Source: Geopsychrobacteraceae bacterium (GTDB lineage Bacteria > Desulfobacterota > Desulfuromonadia > Desulfuromonadales > Geopsychrobacteraceae). From it: DNA of 64,000 nt. The stretch's first letter is position 1, and the number at the start of each line of letters is the position of its first letter. A program made the position numbers and the translations under genes. The stretch is taken from positions 64,001 to 128,000 of the forward strand of contig OY759353.1 in assembly GCA_963662315.1 (NCBI GenBank), in the 5' to 3' direction. The notes below the pieces were generated by a model. It did not search any database. It was given only the letters and a program-made list of their open reading frames with translations, and was not told the DNA's origin. Below are positions 55,992 through 64,000 of the stretch, piece by piece.

Positions 55992-58391
55992 ATGACAAAA
56001 GAAGACAAGATTAAGTTGCTGCGTGGCAGAGCAAACTTTTTCGGCTATGAAGCAAGTTCAAACGGGCGAGGACAGTTGGCGGGCTGGTTGCTGCTTGCCG
56101 TCGCTGTGTTATTGACCTTAATTGTCGTGCCAAAGGGCGGCCTGATTCCGGATTATCATGAGCCGGGTGATATCGCTTCGCGCGATATCAAGTCGCCGCG
56201 TGATCTGTTGGTTGAAGATGTCCCTCTGACCAAAGCCAAGCGCGAAGAAGCCGCCAATGCTGTGCCGCTGGTTTATGATTATGACGTGACTGCCGGAAGG
56301 CAGGCGATTAAGCGTATCAAAGATGGTCTTACCCTTCTCTTGCAACGTCAGGAAAATCCTGATCCGGTCAATCTGACCGAGTTCTTGCCTCGGCTGGAAT
56401 CGGATTTTGGCGTACCTCTGACTCCTGAGGAATATCAACCGCTACTCAGTTTGCCCCTTGAGCAGGATCTTCCTGTAGCCGCGGGTGATCTGCTCCAGTC
56501 GGTGTTTGCTCATCCTGTGGTTGCCAATCTTCAGAACTTTCAGGAGCAACGGCAAAAAGGTTTGATGCTGTTTGACCGCAATGCCGGTACGGAATTATCC
56601 TCGCAAGTGCTCGATCGCGTGACCAGTCTTAATGACTCCCTGGCCGAAGCTCAGCGCCAACTGGCGTTGCTTGAGATCTCCGAAGCGCAACGGGCGATGT
56701 TGCTGAAAGTCGTGCAGCAGCAGTTGCGTCCAAATCTGGTCTATAACGCTGAAGCCACCGAACAGCGGCGTCAGGAAGCACGGGAACAGATTACCCCGGT
56801 TTTATTTCAGATAAAAAAAGGGGAGATGATTGTTCGCGAAGGTGAACGTGTGACCGCTGATCAGATCATGAAATTGAAGGCGATTCGTGATTCCGGCCGC
56901 GATAACCGAAATTTTCAGACGATTGCAGGGCTGTTTTTATCGACAATGCTGCTGCTGTTTGTGGTGAATCTGTTTGGTAAAACCAATATCAGTAAATATC
57001 GGCCTGATTCCCGCGATTTGCTGTTTCTGTCCATCGTTTTTATCTCCTTATTTATCCTGATAAAAATATCAATTTTTATTGCGGCGGGTATGGGCAATAC
57101 CTTTGCCTATCTGGATTCTTCAGCCTATTTTTATGCAATTCCCTTTGCTGCCGGCGCCATGCTGGTGCGCATCGTTCTGAATTCGGAAACGGCGCTGCTA
57201 TTTTCCTTATGTTTTACCCTCATGACCGGTGTTATCTTTGGCAATAGCCTGATGATGGTGCTGTTTGTTTTGACCGGCAGCCTGATCGGCGCGCATGGCG
57301 TTCGTCACTGTCAGCAGCGGACCACCTTGTATCGTGCCGGTTTGTGGATCGGCCTGACGAATATGGCCCTGGTTGTGGGAACCCATTTTTTGGCCGGGCA
57401 CAGTTTTGAGTTGCTGCTGTTGTGGAAGATTGGGTTTGCTTTTCTCGGGGGGATGTTCAGTGCTGTTTTGGTCAATGGTACGATTCCTCTGGTAGAACTG
57501 TTATTCAAATATACGACCGATATCAAGCTGCTGGAACTTGCCAATATGAATTCGCCTATTTTGAGGCAGTTGATGATGGAAGCTCCCGGAACCTATCATC
57601 ATTCCATTCTGGTTGGGAACCTGGCAGAATCAGCCGCTGAAGCGATTAACGCAAACCCGTTACTGTCCAGGGTCGCTGCCTACTATCATGATATCGGGAA
57701 AATAAAAAAGCCGCTTTATTTTATTGAAAATTCTGGGGGACAGCGTAATAAGCATGACAAGCTGGCGCCCTCAATGAGTGCGTTGATCCTCACGTCTCAC
57801 GTCAAGGATGGCGTTGAGCTGGCGCGGGAGCATAAGTTAGGATCAGAGTTGATCGATATCATCCAGCAGCACCACGGTACGACCCTGATCAAGTTTTTTT
57901 ACGACCGGGCCAAAAGTCAGTCGGACCCGGAAGTTCATCAGGTTTCTGAGCGGGATTACCGCTATCACGGGCCGAAGCCGCAAACACGGGAAGCTGCTCT
58001 GATTATGCTTGCTGACGCGATTGAAGCGGCCAGTCGGACATTGACCGATCCGACCCCCGCACGAATTCAGGGGATGGTGCAGAAATTGATCAATAATATT
58101 TTTATCGATGGTCAGCTCAATGAATGTGATCTGACCCTTAAGGATCTTAACCTGATTGCGAAAAGCTTCAATCGTGTATTGTCCAGTTCGTTTCACCACC
58201 GGGTTGACTATCCGGAGCCGGTGCATATCGTCCGGGAGAAAAACGAGAGTGCTGAAAAAACTCAGGTTAAAGAAAAAGCAAGGATTAAGAGTGCGAATTC
58301 AGATCGAAAACCAGCAGACCAGATACAAGATTCAGAAGCGCCTGCTACGGAAAGTAGCCCAGAAGATCTTAGACGTCTCGGGATTTCCTAA
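55992..58391 (+). CDS. 7TM-HD (HDIG) phosphohydrolase, PgpH-like
   Basis: Extracytoplasmic domain, KGEMIVREGE, 7TM region, EAPGTYHHS, YYHDIGK, QHHGT, MLADAIEAASR. Confidence 0.92.
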   Translation: MTKEDKIKLLRGRANFFGYEASSNGRGQLAGWLLLAVAVLLTLIVVPKGGLIPDYHEPGDIASRDIKSPRDLLVEDVPLTKAKREEAANAVPLVYDYDVTAGRQAIKRIKDGLTLLLQRQENPDPVNLTEFLPRLESDFGVPLTPEEYQPLLSLPLEQDLPVAAGDLLQSVFAHPVVANLQNFQEQRQKGLMLFDRNAGTELSSQVLDRVTSLNDSLAEAQRQLALLEISEAQRAMLLKVVQQQLRPNLVYNAEATEQRRQEAREQITPVLFQIKKGEMIVREGERVTADQIMKLKAIRDSGRDNRNFQTIAGLFLSTMLLLFVVNLFGKTNISKYRPDSRDLLFLSIVFISLFILIKISIFIAAGMGNTFAYLDSSAYFYAIPFAAGAMLVRIVLNSETALLFSLCFTLMTGVIFGNSLMMVLFVLTGSLIGAHGVRHCQQRTTLYRAGLWIGLTNMALVVGTHFLAGHSFELLLLWKIGFAFLGGMFSAVLVNGTIPLVELLFKYTTDIKLLELANMNSPILRQLMMEAPGTYHHSILVGNLAESAAEAINANPLLSRVAAYYHDIGKIKKPLYFIENSGGQRNKHDKLAPSMSALILTSHVKDGVELAREHKLGSELIDIIQQHHGTTLIKFFYDRAKSQSDPEVHQVSERDYRYHGPKPQTREAALIMLADAIEAASRTLTDPTPARIQGMVQKLINNIFIDGQLNECDLTLKDLNLIAKSFNRVLSSSFHHRVDYPEPVHIVREKNESAEKTQVKEKARIKSANSDRKPADQIQDSEAPATESSPEDLRRLGIS

Positions 58392-58746
58392 GGCCGAACT
58401 ATCTATTCTTATTGTGGATAATGATGGTATTCAGGATATTAACCGGGATTATCTGCAGCGTGACCGTCCGACAAATGTGATATCCTTTGCCATGCAGGAA
58501 GGGGAGGGGGGCGGAGTCAATCCGAATCTGCTGGGAGATGTTATTATCTCGGCTGAACGCACGGCATCAGATGCCGCCGAGGCCGGTATCTCTTTTGAGC
58601 ATGAACTCTGGTTTCTGCTGCTTCACGGCATTCTGCATCTGCTTGGTTACGACCATGAGCGAGGCAGTGTTGCTGATGCTGAGGAAATGGAAGCCCGGGA
58701 GCGAGAAATTTTTGCCATTGTCGAGGATACTTTTCCTCTGTCCTGA
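58291..58746 (+). CDS. ybeY: rRNA maturation endoribonuclease YbeY
   Basis: NRDYLQRDRPTNVISF, LGDVIIS, HGILHLLGYDH; GTG start with AAGGA RBS inside the upstream gene. Confidence 0.93.
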   Translation: MRIQIENQQTRYKIQKRLLRKVAQKILDVSGFPKAELSILIVDNDGIQDINRDYLQRDRPTNVISFAMQEGEGGGVNPNLLGDVIISAERTASDAAEAGISFEHELWFLLLHGILHLLGYDHERGSVADAEEMEAREREIFAIVEDTFPLS

Positions 58747-58784
58747 TACCCCGTACTTAACAACAACAGGAGATTTACATAACC

Positions 58785-59645
58785 GTGGATACGGAACACT
58801 CGCAGGAGCCTGCCGGTTGGCTGACACGCTTATCGCGTCGTTTGGTGCAGCGCCCGCAGGCTCATACTGAAGAAGATCTTCACGAGTTTATTGATGCCTC
58901 AGAACAGCAAGGGATCATTGATGAGGAAGAGGGGGACATGCTCCAGTCTATTCTGGAGTTGGATGAAACGATTCTGCGGGAAATTATGGTTCCCCGAACG
59001 GATATTGTCTGTATTGATGCTGACGCACCACTCAACCATGCATTAACCGCAATCCTTGAATCCGGGCATTCCCGCATTCCGGTCTATAAGGGGAATATCG
59101 ATAATATTATCGGACTGGTCTATGCCAAAGACCTGCTGCGTTTTTGGGGGCGGCCAATTGATGATATTGCCCTCTCTGAGGTCCTGCGCCCTCCCTATCT
59201 GGTTCCTGAATCCAAACTCGTCAGTGATTTGCTCAGAGAATTTCGCGAAACGCGTGTTCATATTGCTATTGTTATCGATGAATATGGCGGAACCTCTGGG
59301 TTGATCACTATTGAGGATCTTATCGAGGAGATTGTCGGCGATATCCAGGATGAATACGACATCGAGGAAGACTGGCTGGTTGAGGACGCCGACGGATCTG
59401 TCGTTGTTGATGGGCGCCTGGGGATTGAAGAGTTTGAAGAACACTTTGATATTGAGGTGGCTCGGGAAAAGTTTGATACCGTCGGGGGGTATATTGTTGA
59501 GCAGTATGGTCGGGTTCCCGCAACTGGAGAACGCATTCGGGTCGGGGTTTTTGATATGCGGATAGAGCAGGGGAATGAACGTGCCGTGCGAAAGATCCGT
59601 ATTTTCCCGCTTCAGGTACATGACCCCGCCAGCGATGAATCTTAG
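58785..59645 (+). CDS. corC: CorC/HlyC-family CBS-domain protein
   Basis: REIMVPR, GHSRIPVY, DEYGGTSGLITIEDLIEEIVGDIQDEYD, transporter-associated C-terminal domain. Confidence 0.9.
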   Translation: MDTEHSQEPAGWLTRLSRRLVQRPQAHTEEDLHEFIDASEQQGIIDEEEGDMLQSILELDETILREIMVPRTDIVCIDADAPLNHALTAILESGHSRIPVYKGNIDNIIGLVYAKDLLRFWGRPIDDIALSEVLRPPYLVPESKLVSDLLREFRETRVHIAIVIDEYGGTSGLITIEDLIEEIVGDIQDEYDIEEDWLVEDADGSVVVDGRLGIEEFEEHFDIEVAREKFDTVGGYIVEQYGRVPATGERIRVGVFDMRIEQGNERAVRKIRIFPLQVHDPASDES

Positions 59646-59646
59646 A

Positions 59647-61158
59647 ATGCCGAACATTGATAAGGCCATTCTCTGGTCAGCCCTTTCCGGGGTGCTGCTG
59701 GGGCTGGCCTTTCCTCTTTTTGATTGCCCTCTCCTTGCCTGGGTGGCACTGGTTCCATTGCTTCTGGTTGCCGAGCAGCGCCCCTTTGCCTCGGGTTTTA
59801 CTTGCGGATTTACCTTTTTCGCCAGTGTACTCTACTGGCTGAATATCGTTATGACCACTTATGGCGGTCTGGCTGCCGTCTATTCTGTAATTGCCTATAT
59901 TTTCCTGATTGCCTATCTCTCATTGTACTTCGGTTCTGTTACCTTGCTGGCCTGTCGCGGCCAGCGGTTGCTAAACATCCCTGCTTTGGTCATGGTGCCG
60001 TTTTTCTGGGTTGGCGCGGAATATTTACGTGGTGTTGTGCTAACCGGATTCCCCTGGGCGCTGCTGGGATATTCGCAGGCAGGCTTCCCTCAGGCGATCC
60101 AGAGCGCAGATGTAACTGGGGTTTATGGCGTCTCTTTTCTGTTGGTTGCCGTTAATTGTGCTTTGGCAGGAGTGCTAAAAGCCCCTTGTAGCAAAATGGC
60201 CTGGCTTGGTGGAGTTGCTGTCACTCTCATGTCGATCAGCCATATTGGCTACGGAATCTATCGTCTGAGCGAAGATCTGGATACCAGAACCAAACAGCTT
60301 GATGTGGCTCTGATTCAGGGGAATATCGATCAGCATCAGAAGTGGGACCCCGCATTTCGTGCCGCCAATGTGGATAAATATATCTCTCTTTCTCACCGTG
60401 GGGCTGAGCACAGACCCGATCTGATTGTCTGGCCCGAAGCAGCGACCCCCTTTTATCTTCAGGACAACAGTCGGCTTGCCGCGCAGGTGCGGAAATTACC
60501 TCAACAGACGGGCGCTTTTTATCTGATTGGCAGCCCGGCTTATGAAGGCTCTTCGGCTGAAACTCTCCGATATTTCAATAGCGCCTATCTCCTGAACCGT
60601 GATGGTAAGATTGCCGGACGCTCAGACAAGATTCACCTTGTCCCGTTCGGTGAATATGTGCCGTTGGCCGGATTACTGTCTTTTATTGATAAACTGGTGG
60701 TGGGGGTTGGTGATTTTTCGTCCGGTCATGTCAGATCTTTGCCGGTTGCGGGGCAATATCTTGGGGTGTTGATCTGTTACGAAGTTATCTTTCCTGAGTT
60801 GGCCCGTGCCTATGTCGCCGGGGGGAGCGGTCTGCTGGTCAATCTGACCAATGATGCCTGGTTTGGCCGTTCTGCGGCTCCCTATCAACATCTTGCTATG
60901 GCGCGCTTTCGCGCTATAGAAAACCGCGTCTGGCTGGCGCGGGCCGCCAATACCGGAATCTCCGCCTTTATATCTCCTTCTGGGCACGTGGTCCAGGCCA
61001 GCTCTTTGTTTACCGACAGTGTGCTCAACGGGACCGTCGGGATGGGGGCCGGTTCTTCCTTCTATACCCGTTTCGGTGATGTTTTTGCCTGGGGCTGCCT
61101 TGCGGTTACATTGGTTTTCGGGCTGGCGATGCTATGGCGTTGTCGTTCGGTGAAATAA
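59647..61158 (+). CDS. lnt: Apolipoprotein N-acyltransferase
   Basis: GFPW, QGNI, WPEAA, DKIHLVPFGEY, ICYE, NDAWFG, RAIEN, ANTGIS; start may be 59635. Confidence 0.96.
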   Translation: MPNIDKAILWSALSGVLLGLAFPLFDCPLLAWVALVPLLLVAEQRPFASGFTCGFTFFASVLYWLNIVMTTYGGLAAVYSVIAYIFLIAYLSLYFGSVTLLACRGQRLLNIPALVMVPFFWVGAEYLRGVVLTGFPWALLGYSQAGFPQAIQSADVTGVYGVSFLLVAVNCALAGVLKAPCSKMAWLGGVAVTLMSISHIGYGIYRLSEDLDTRTKQLDVALIQGNIDQHQKWDPAFRAANVDKYISLSHRGAEHRPDLIVWPEAATPFYLQDNSRLAAQVRKLPQQTGAFYLIGSPAYEGSSAETLRYFNSAYLLNRDGKIAGRSDKIHLVPFGEYVPLAGLLSFIDKLVVGVGDFSSGHVRSLPVAGQYLGVLICYEVIFPELARAYVAGGSGLLVNLTNDAWFGRSAAPYQHLAMARFRAIENRVWLARAANTGISAFISPSGHVVQASSLFTDSVLNGTVGMGAGSSFYTRFGDVFAWGCLAVTLVFGLAMLWRCRSVK

Positions 61159-61242
61159 GCTGTCCTTGCTGCATTTTTTTCGACTTCTGATCTATACTGT
61201 TTGTAGTCTTTAATATTTGTCTCGCCTTATGAGTGAACAGGT

Positions 61243-63015
61243 GTGTTGGTGGGTAAAGATGTTCTGAAAATAAGAACTGCCGGTTTGCTTTTAACCGGCC
61301 TGGTCTTGGTGGGAACCCGTAGCTGGGCTTCTGATTCTGCCGTTTTTGTCAGTTGGTGGAACATGGGGATGGCGGTTGGTGGTGGGCTGGCATTATTTTT
61401 ACTTGGAATGGGGTATCTGACCGATGCGCTTAAGGCTGCTGCCGGAAGGCAACTGCAGCTCATTCTGACGCGCTTGACAGCCAATCGCTTTATGGGGGCT
61501 CTGGTCGGGGCTGTGTCGACTGGTGTCATTCAATCATCTTCTATTACCACTGTTTTGGTCGTCGGCTTTGTCAGTGCGCAGTTGATGACTCTAAATCAGG
61601 CCATTGGTGTAATTATGGGGGCCAATATCGGCTCCACAGTTACGGCCCAGATTATTGCTTTTAAGGTGACCCATCTGGCCTTGGGATTTGTTGCTTGCGG
61701 TTATCTTGTTGTGCAACTGTGTCGGCGCGACGATGTTAAAAGCTTTGGCGGGATTTTGCTCGGGCTGGGGATGATCTTTCTGGGCATGAACGTCATGAGT
61801 GACGCGATGGCTCCGTTACGCGACTTTCAGCCGTTTATTCGGCTGATGGCAGAGGTGCGAAATCCGTTATGGGGATTGCTGATTGGTGCAGTTTTGACCG
61901 CCCTGATCCAATCGTCTGCAGCAACCACGGGTATTGTTATTATGTTGGCCAGCCAGGGTGTTATGCCGCTGATTACCGGAGTAACGATCGCTTTGGGAGC
62001 GAATATAGGCACCTGTGTTACCGCGCTTCTGGCGACCATCGGGCGGCCACGGGTGGCATTGCGGGCTGCAGCCGTTCATGTTGTCTTCAATCTTATTGGT
62101 GTTGCTCTTTGGGTTCCGTTCATCAGTGAGCTTGCCGACCTGGCTGCTGTCGTTTCTCCTGCTTACCCAGAGCTCAGCGGCGCCGCTAAACTGGCTGCTG
62201 CTGCTCCGCGGCAGATCGCTAACGCCAATACCTTGTTCAATGTCATCAATACGGCACTTTTTATCGGCTTCACTCCTTTGCTGGAGCGTTTGGTGCTATG
62301 GTTGGTTCCTCCGGCGGCAAAGACAGCTCAACAGCCTTGGGCTCCTCAGTTTCTGGAACCGCAGTTGTTGGATACTCCTTCTGCTGCTCTGGGAATGGTG
62401 CGCCTGGAACTCGGTCGTCTCGGGGAACAGGTTTTACTGATTATGCTCAAGGTGAAACCTCTGCTCGAAACACCAGATCCGCGGGCGTTTCATGCCGTAA
62501 GAAGGGATGATGATGCTGTTGACGCTCTGTATACCGCTATCATGCAGTATTTGAACGCCATTGGTAAGCGAGAGCTGAGTGATGCGGAAATCAGAGAATA
62601 CTACCAATTATTGCAGGTCGTGGAATTGCTTGAAGGGATAGGCGATATCTTTGAGGGGGAGATCGCCAAGCTCGGAACTCGTATGGCTGAACAACAGTTA
62701 TTACCCAGTGCGGCGATGCGGGAATTGCTCGAAATGCTTTATGGGCGGGTATATTCGGCTGTTAAAATGGCCACCCGGGCCGCTGTCGACAATGACGGTG
62801 GAGTAGCACGTCAGGTGTTGGCCATGCGTGATCAGATCGAATCTGCCGCGAATAAAACTTTTCGGCATCAGGCTTCAAGTCTGGCAAAAAGTCCGGCTGA
62901 ACGCTTGGTTCTTTTGCAGGTAGAATTTGAACTCGCAGACCAGCTGAAGCGTATTTATTCGGTGTGTAAACGGATTGCTCGGTTGTTCTGTGACAGCGAT
63001 AAATCTGACGCTTGA
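61243..63015 (+). CDS. Na+/Pi cotransporter family protein with PhoU-like C-terminal domains
   Basis: Two QSSS/QSSA...GANIG repeats; helical C-terminal region. Confidence 0.9.
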   Translation: MLVGKDVLKIRTAGLLLTGLVLVGTRSWASDSAVFVSWWNMGMAVGGGLALFLLGMGYLTDALKAAAGRQLQLILTRLTANRFMGALVGAVSTGVIQSSSITTVLVVGFVSAQLMTLNQAIGVIMGANIGSTVTAQIIAFKVTHLALGFVACGYLVVQLCRRDDVKSFGGILLGLGMIFLGMNVMSDAMAPLRDFQPFIRLMAEVRNPLWGLLIGAVLTALIQSSAATTGIVIMLASQGVMPLITGVTIALGANIGTCVTALLATIGRPRVALRAAAVHVVFNLIGVALWVPFISELADLAAVVSPAYPELSGAAKLAAAAPRQIANANTLFNVINTALFIGFTPLLERLVLWLVPPAAKTAQQPWAPQFLEPQLLDTPSAALGMVRLELGRLGEQVLLIMLKVKPLLETPDPRAFHAVRRDDDAVDALYTAIMQYLNAIGKRELSDAEIREYYQLLQVVELLEGIGDIFEGEIAKLGTRMAEQQLLPSAAMRELLEMLYGRVYSAVKMATRAAVDNDGGVARQVLAMRDQIESAANKTFRHQASSLAKSPAERLVLLQVEFELADQLKRIYSVCKRIARLFCDSDKSDA

Positions 63016-63162
63016 CAGCCGGTGGCTGGAGGTTGGTCTGAAAATGAAACAGCTTCCGAGCCGTGTTTGCTGCGGGAACGATTTTAAATATCCAATTGAG
63101 CGTTGACAACCGGACCGATTCGCGCAAATATCTGCTCTTTGTGCGCGATGAAAGGGTAACCT

Positions 63163-63921
63163 ATGGCAAAAGCAACAGCGATTATTCCGGCACGTTTTGC
63201 ATCAACACGATTCCCAGGTAAACCTCTGGCCCTGCTTGCCGGTAAGCCGATGATTCAGCATGTCTGTGAACGGGTCTCCCGGGCTGAAGGTATCGGGCAG
63301 GTGATTGTTGCTACTGATGACCAACGTATTTTTGACGTGGTTGCTGGGTTTGGTGGTGAAGCCTTCATGACCCGGGATGATCACCCTACTGGAACGGACC
63401 GCCTGGCCGAAGTTGCTTCCCGGATCGACGCCGATCTGATTGTCAATGTGCAGGGGGATGAGCCTCTGGTCGACCCGCGGATGGTTGATGAAGCTGTTGC
63501 ACCCTTGTTGGCCGATGCCTCGATTCAGATGGGGACCGTTGCTGCAAAAATAGATGCTATCAATGATTTTTATAATCCGAACGTTGTCAAGGTGGTTCGG
63601 GATCTGAATAATTTTGCCTTGTATTTTTCCCGGGCGCCTATTCCATGGCCACGCGATCTGGACCGGAACCAGTTGTTCGAATCTCTGCCCTCCAGCCAGT
63701 ATTTGCGCCACATCGGTCTGTATGTTTATCGGCGCCAATTGTTGCTCGATTATCCAACCTGGCCCAAAACGCCCCTTGAGTCGCTTGAGAACCTTGAGCA
63801 GTTGCGGGCTCTTGAGCGTGGCATCCGATTGTATGTTGCGGAAACAGGCTTCAGCTGTCACGGGGTTGATACGCCAGAGGATCTGGTGCGCGTCGAACGT
63901 CTGCTGGAAGAATGGAAATAG
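63163..63921 (+). CDS. kdsB: 3-deoxy-manno-octulosonate cytidylyltransferase
   Basis: IPARFASTRFPGKPL, GTDRLAE, NVQGDEP, YFSRAPIP, HIGLY, LEQLRALE. Confidence 0.98.
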   Translation: MAKATAIIPARFASTRFPGKPLALLAGKPMIQHVCERVSRAEGIGQVIVATDDQRIFDVVAGFGGEAFMTRDDHPTGTDRLAEVASRIDADLIVNVQGDEPLVDPRMVDEAVAPLLADASIQMGTVAAKIDAINDFYNPNVVKVVRDLNNFALYFSRAPIPWPRDLDRNQLFESLPSSQYLRHIGLYVYRRQLLLDYPTWPKTPLESLENLEQLRALERGIRLYVAETGFSCHGVDTPEDLVRVERLLEEWK

Positions 63922-64000
63922 TATTAATTAAGAGCTGTTGCACGTATTTGTTCAGGGTGGACAGTTTTTTGCATTCAGGGTTTTCATCCCTGATGAATAC

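Overview
Mostly core-genome DNA from a bacterium that looks like Desulfuromonadales/Geobacter-like Desulfobacterota. That assignment is inferred from gene order and a leuA T-box in a Gram-negative, lptFG/kdsB-carrying organism. Most genes lie on the + strand. Housekeeping blocks: eno, ahcY, lptFG, rpsB-tsf-pyrH-frr-fdx-uppS-cdsA-dxr-rseP-tsaB, ilvBN-psd-pssA, T-box-leuACD, leuB, truA-rplM-rpsI-argC, queA-tgt-yajC-secDF-TPR-recJ-murB, ettA, phoH-7TM/HD-ybeY-corC-lnt, a Na/Pi cotransporter and kdsB. I found no rRNA, tRNA, CRISPR array or mobile element. The best candidate for an undescribed system is at 5.1-7.7 kb: an orphan, diverged Cas6-like RAMP gene with no array or other cas genes in the window. 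It is head-to-head with a second, intact tgt paralog and is followed by a membrane-anchored winged-helix protein. Other highlights are a pseudokinase-TM-TPR-NTF2 protein coupled to a Csd6-like L,D-transpeptidase, an apparent ATT start for cdsA, a structured leader before a DUF465 gene, a permuted papain-like amidase/glycosyltransferase/lipoprotein operon and a lone EcfT-like gene. All family calls come from motifs recognised by eye; no database searches were run.
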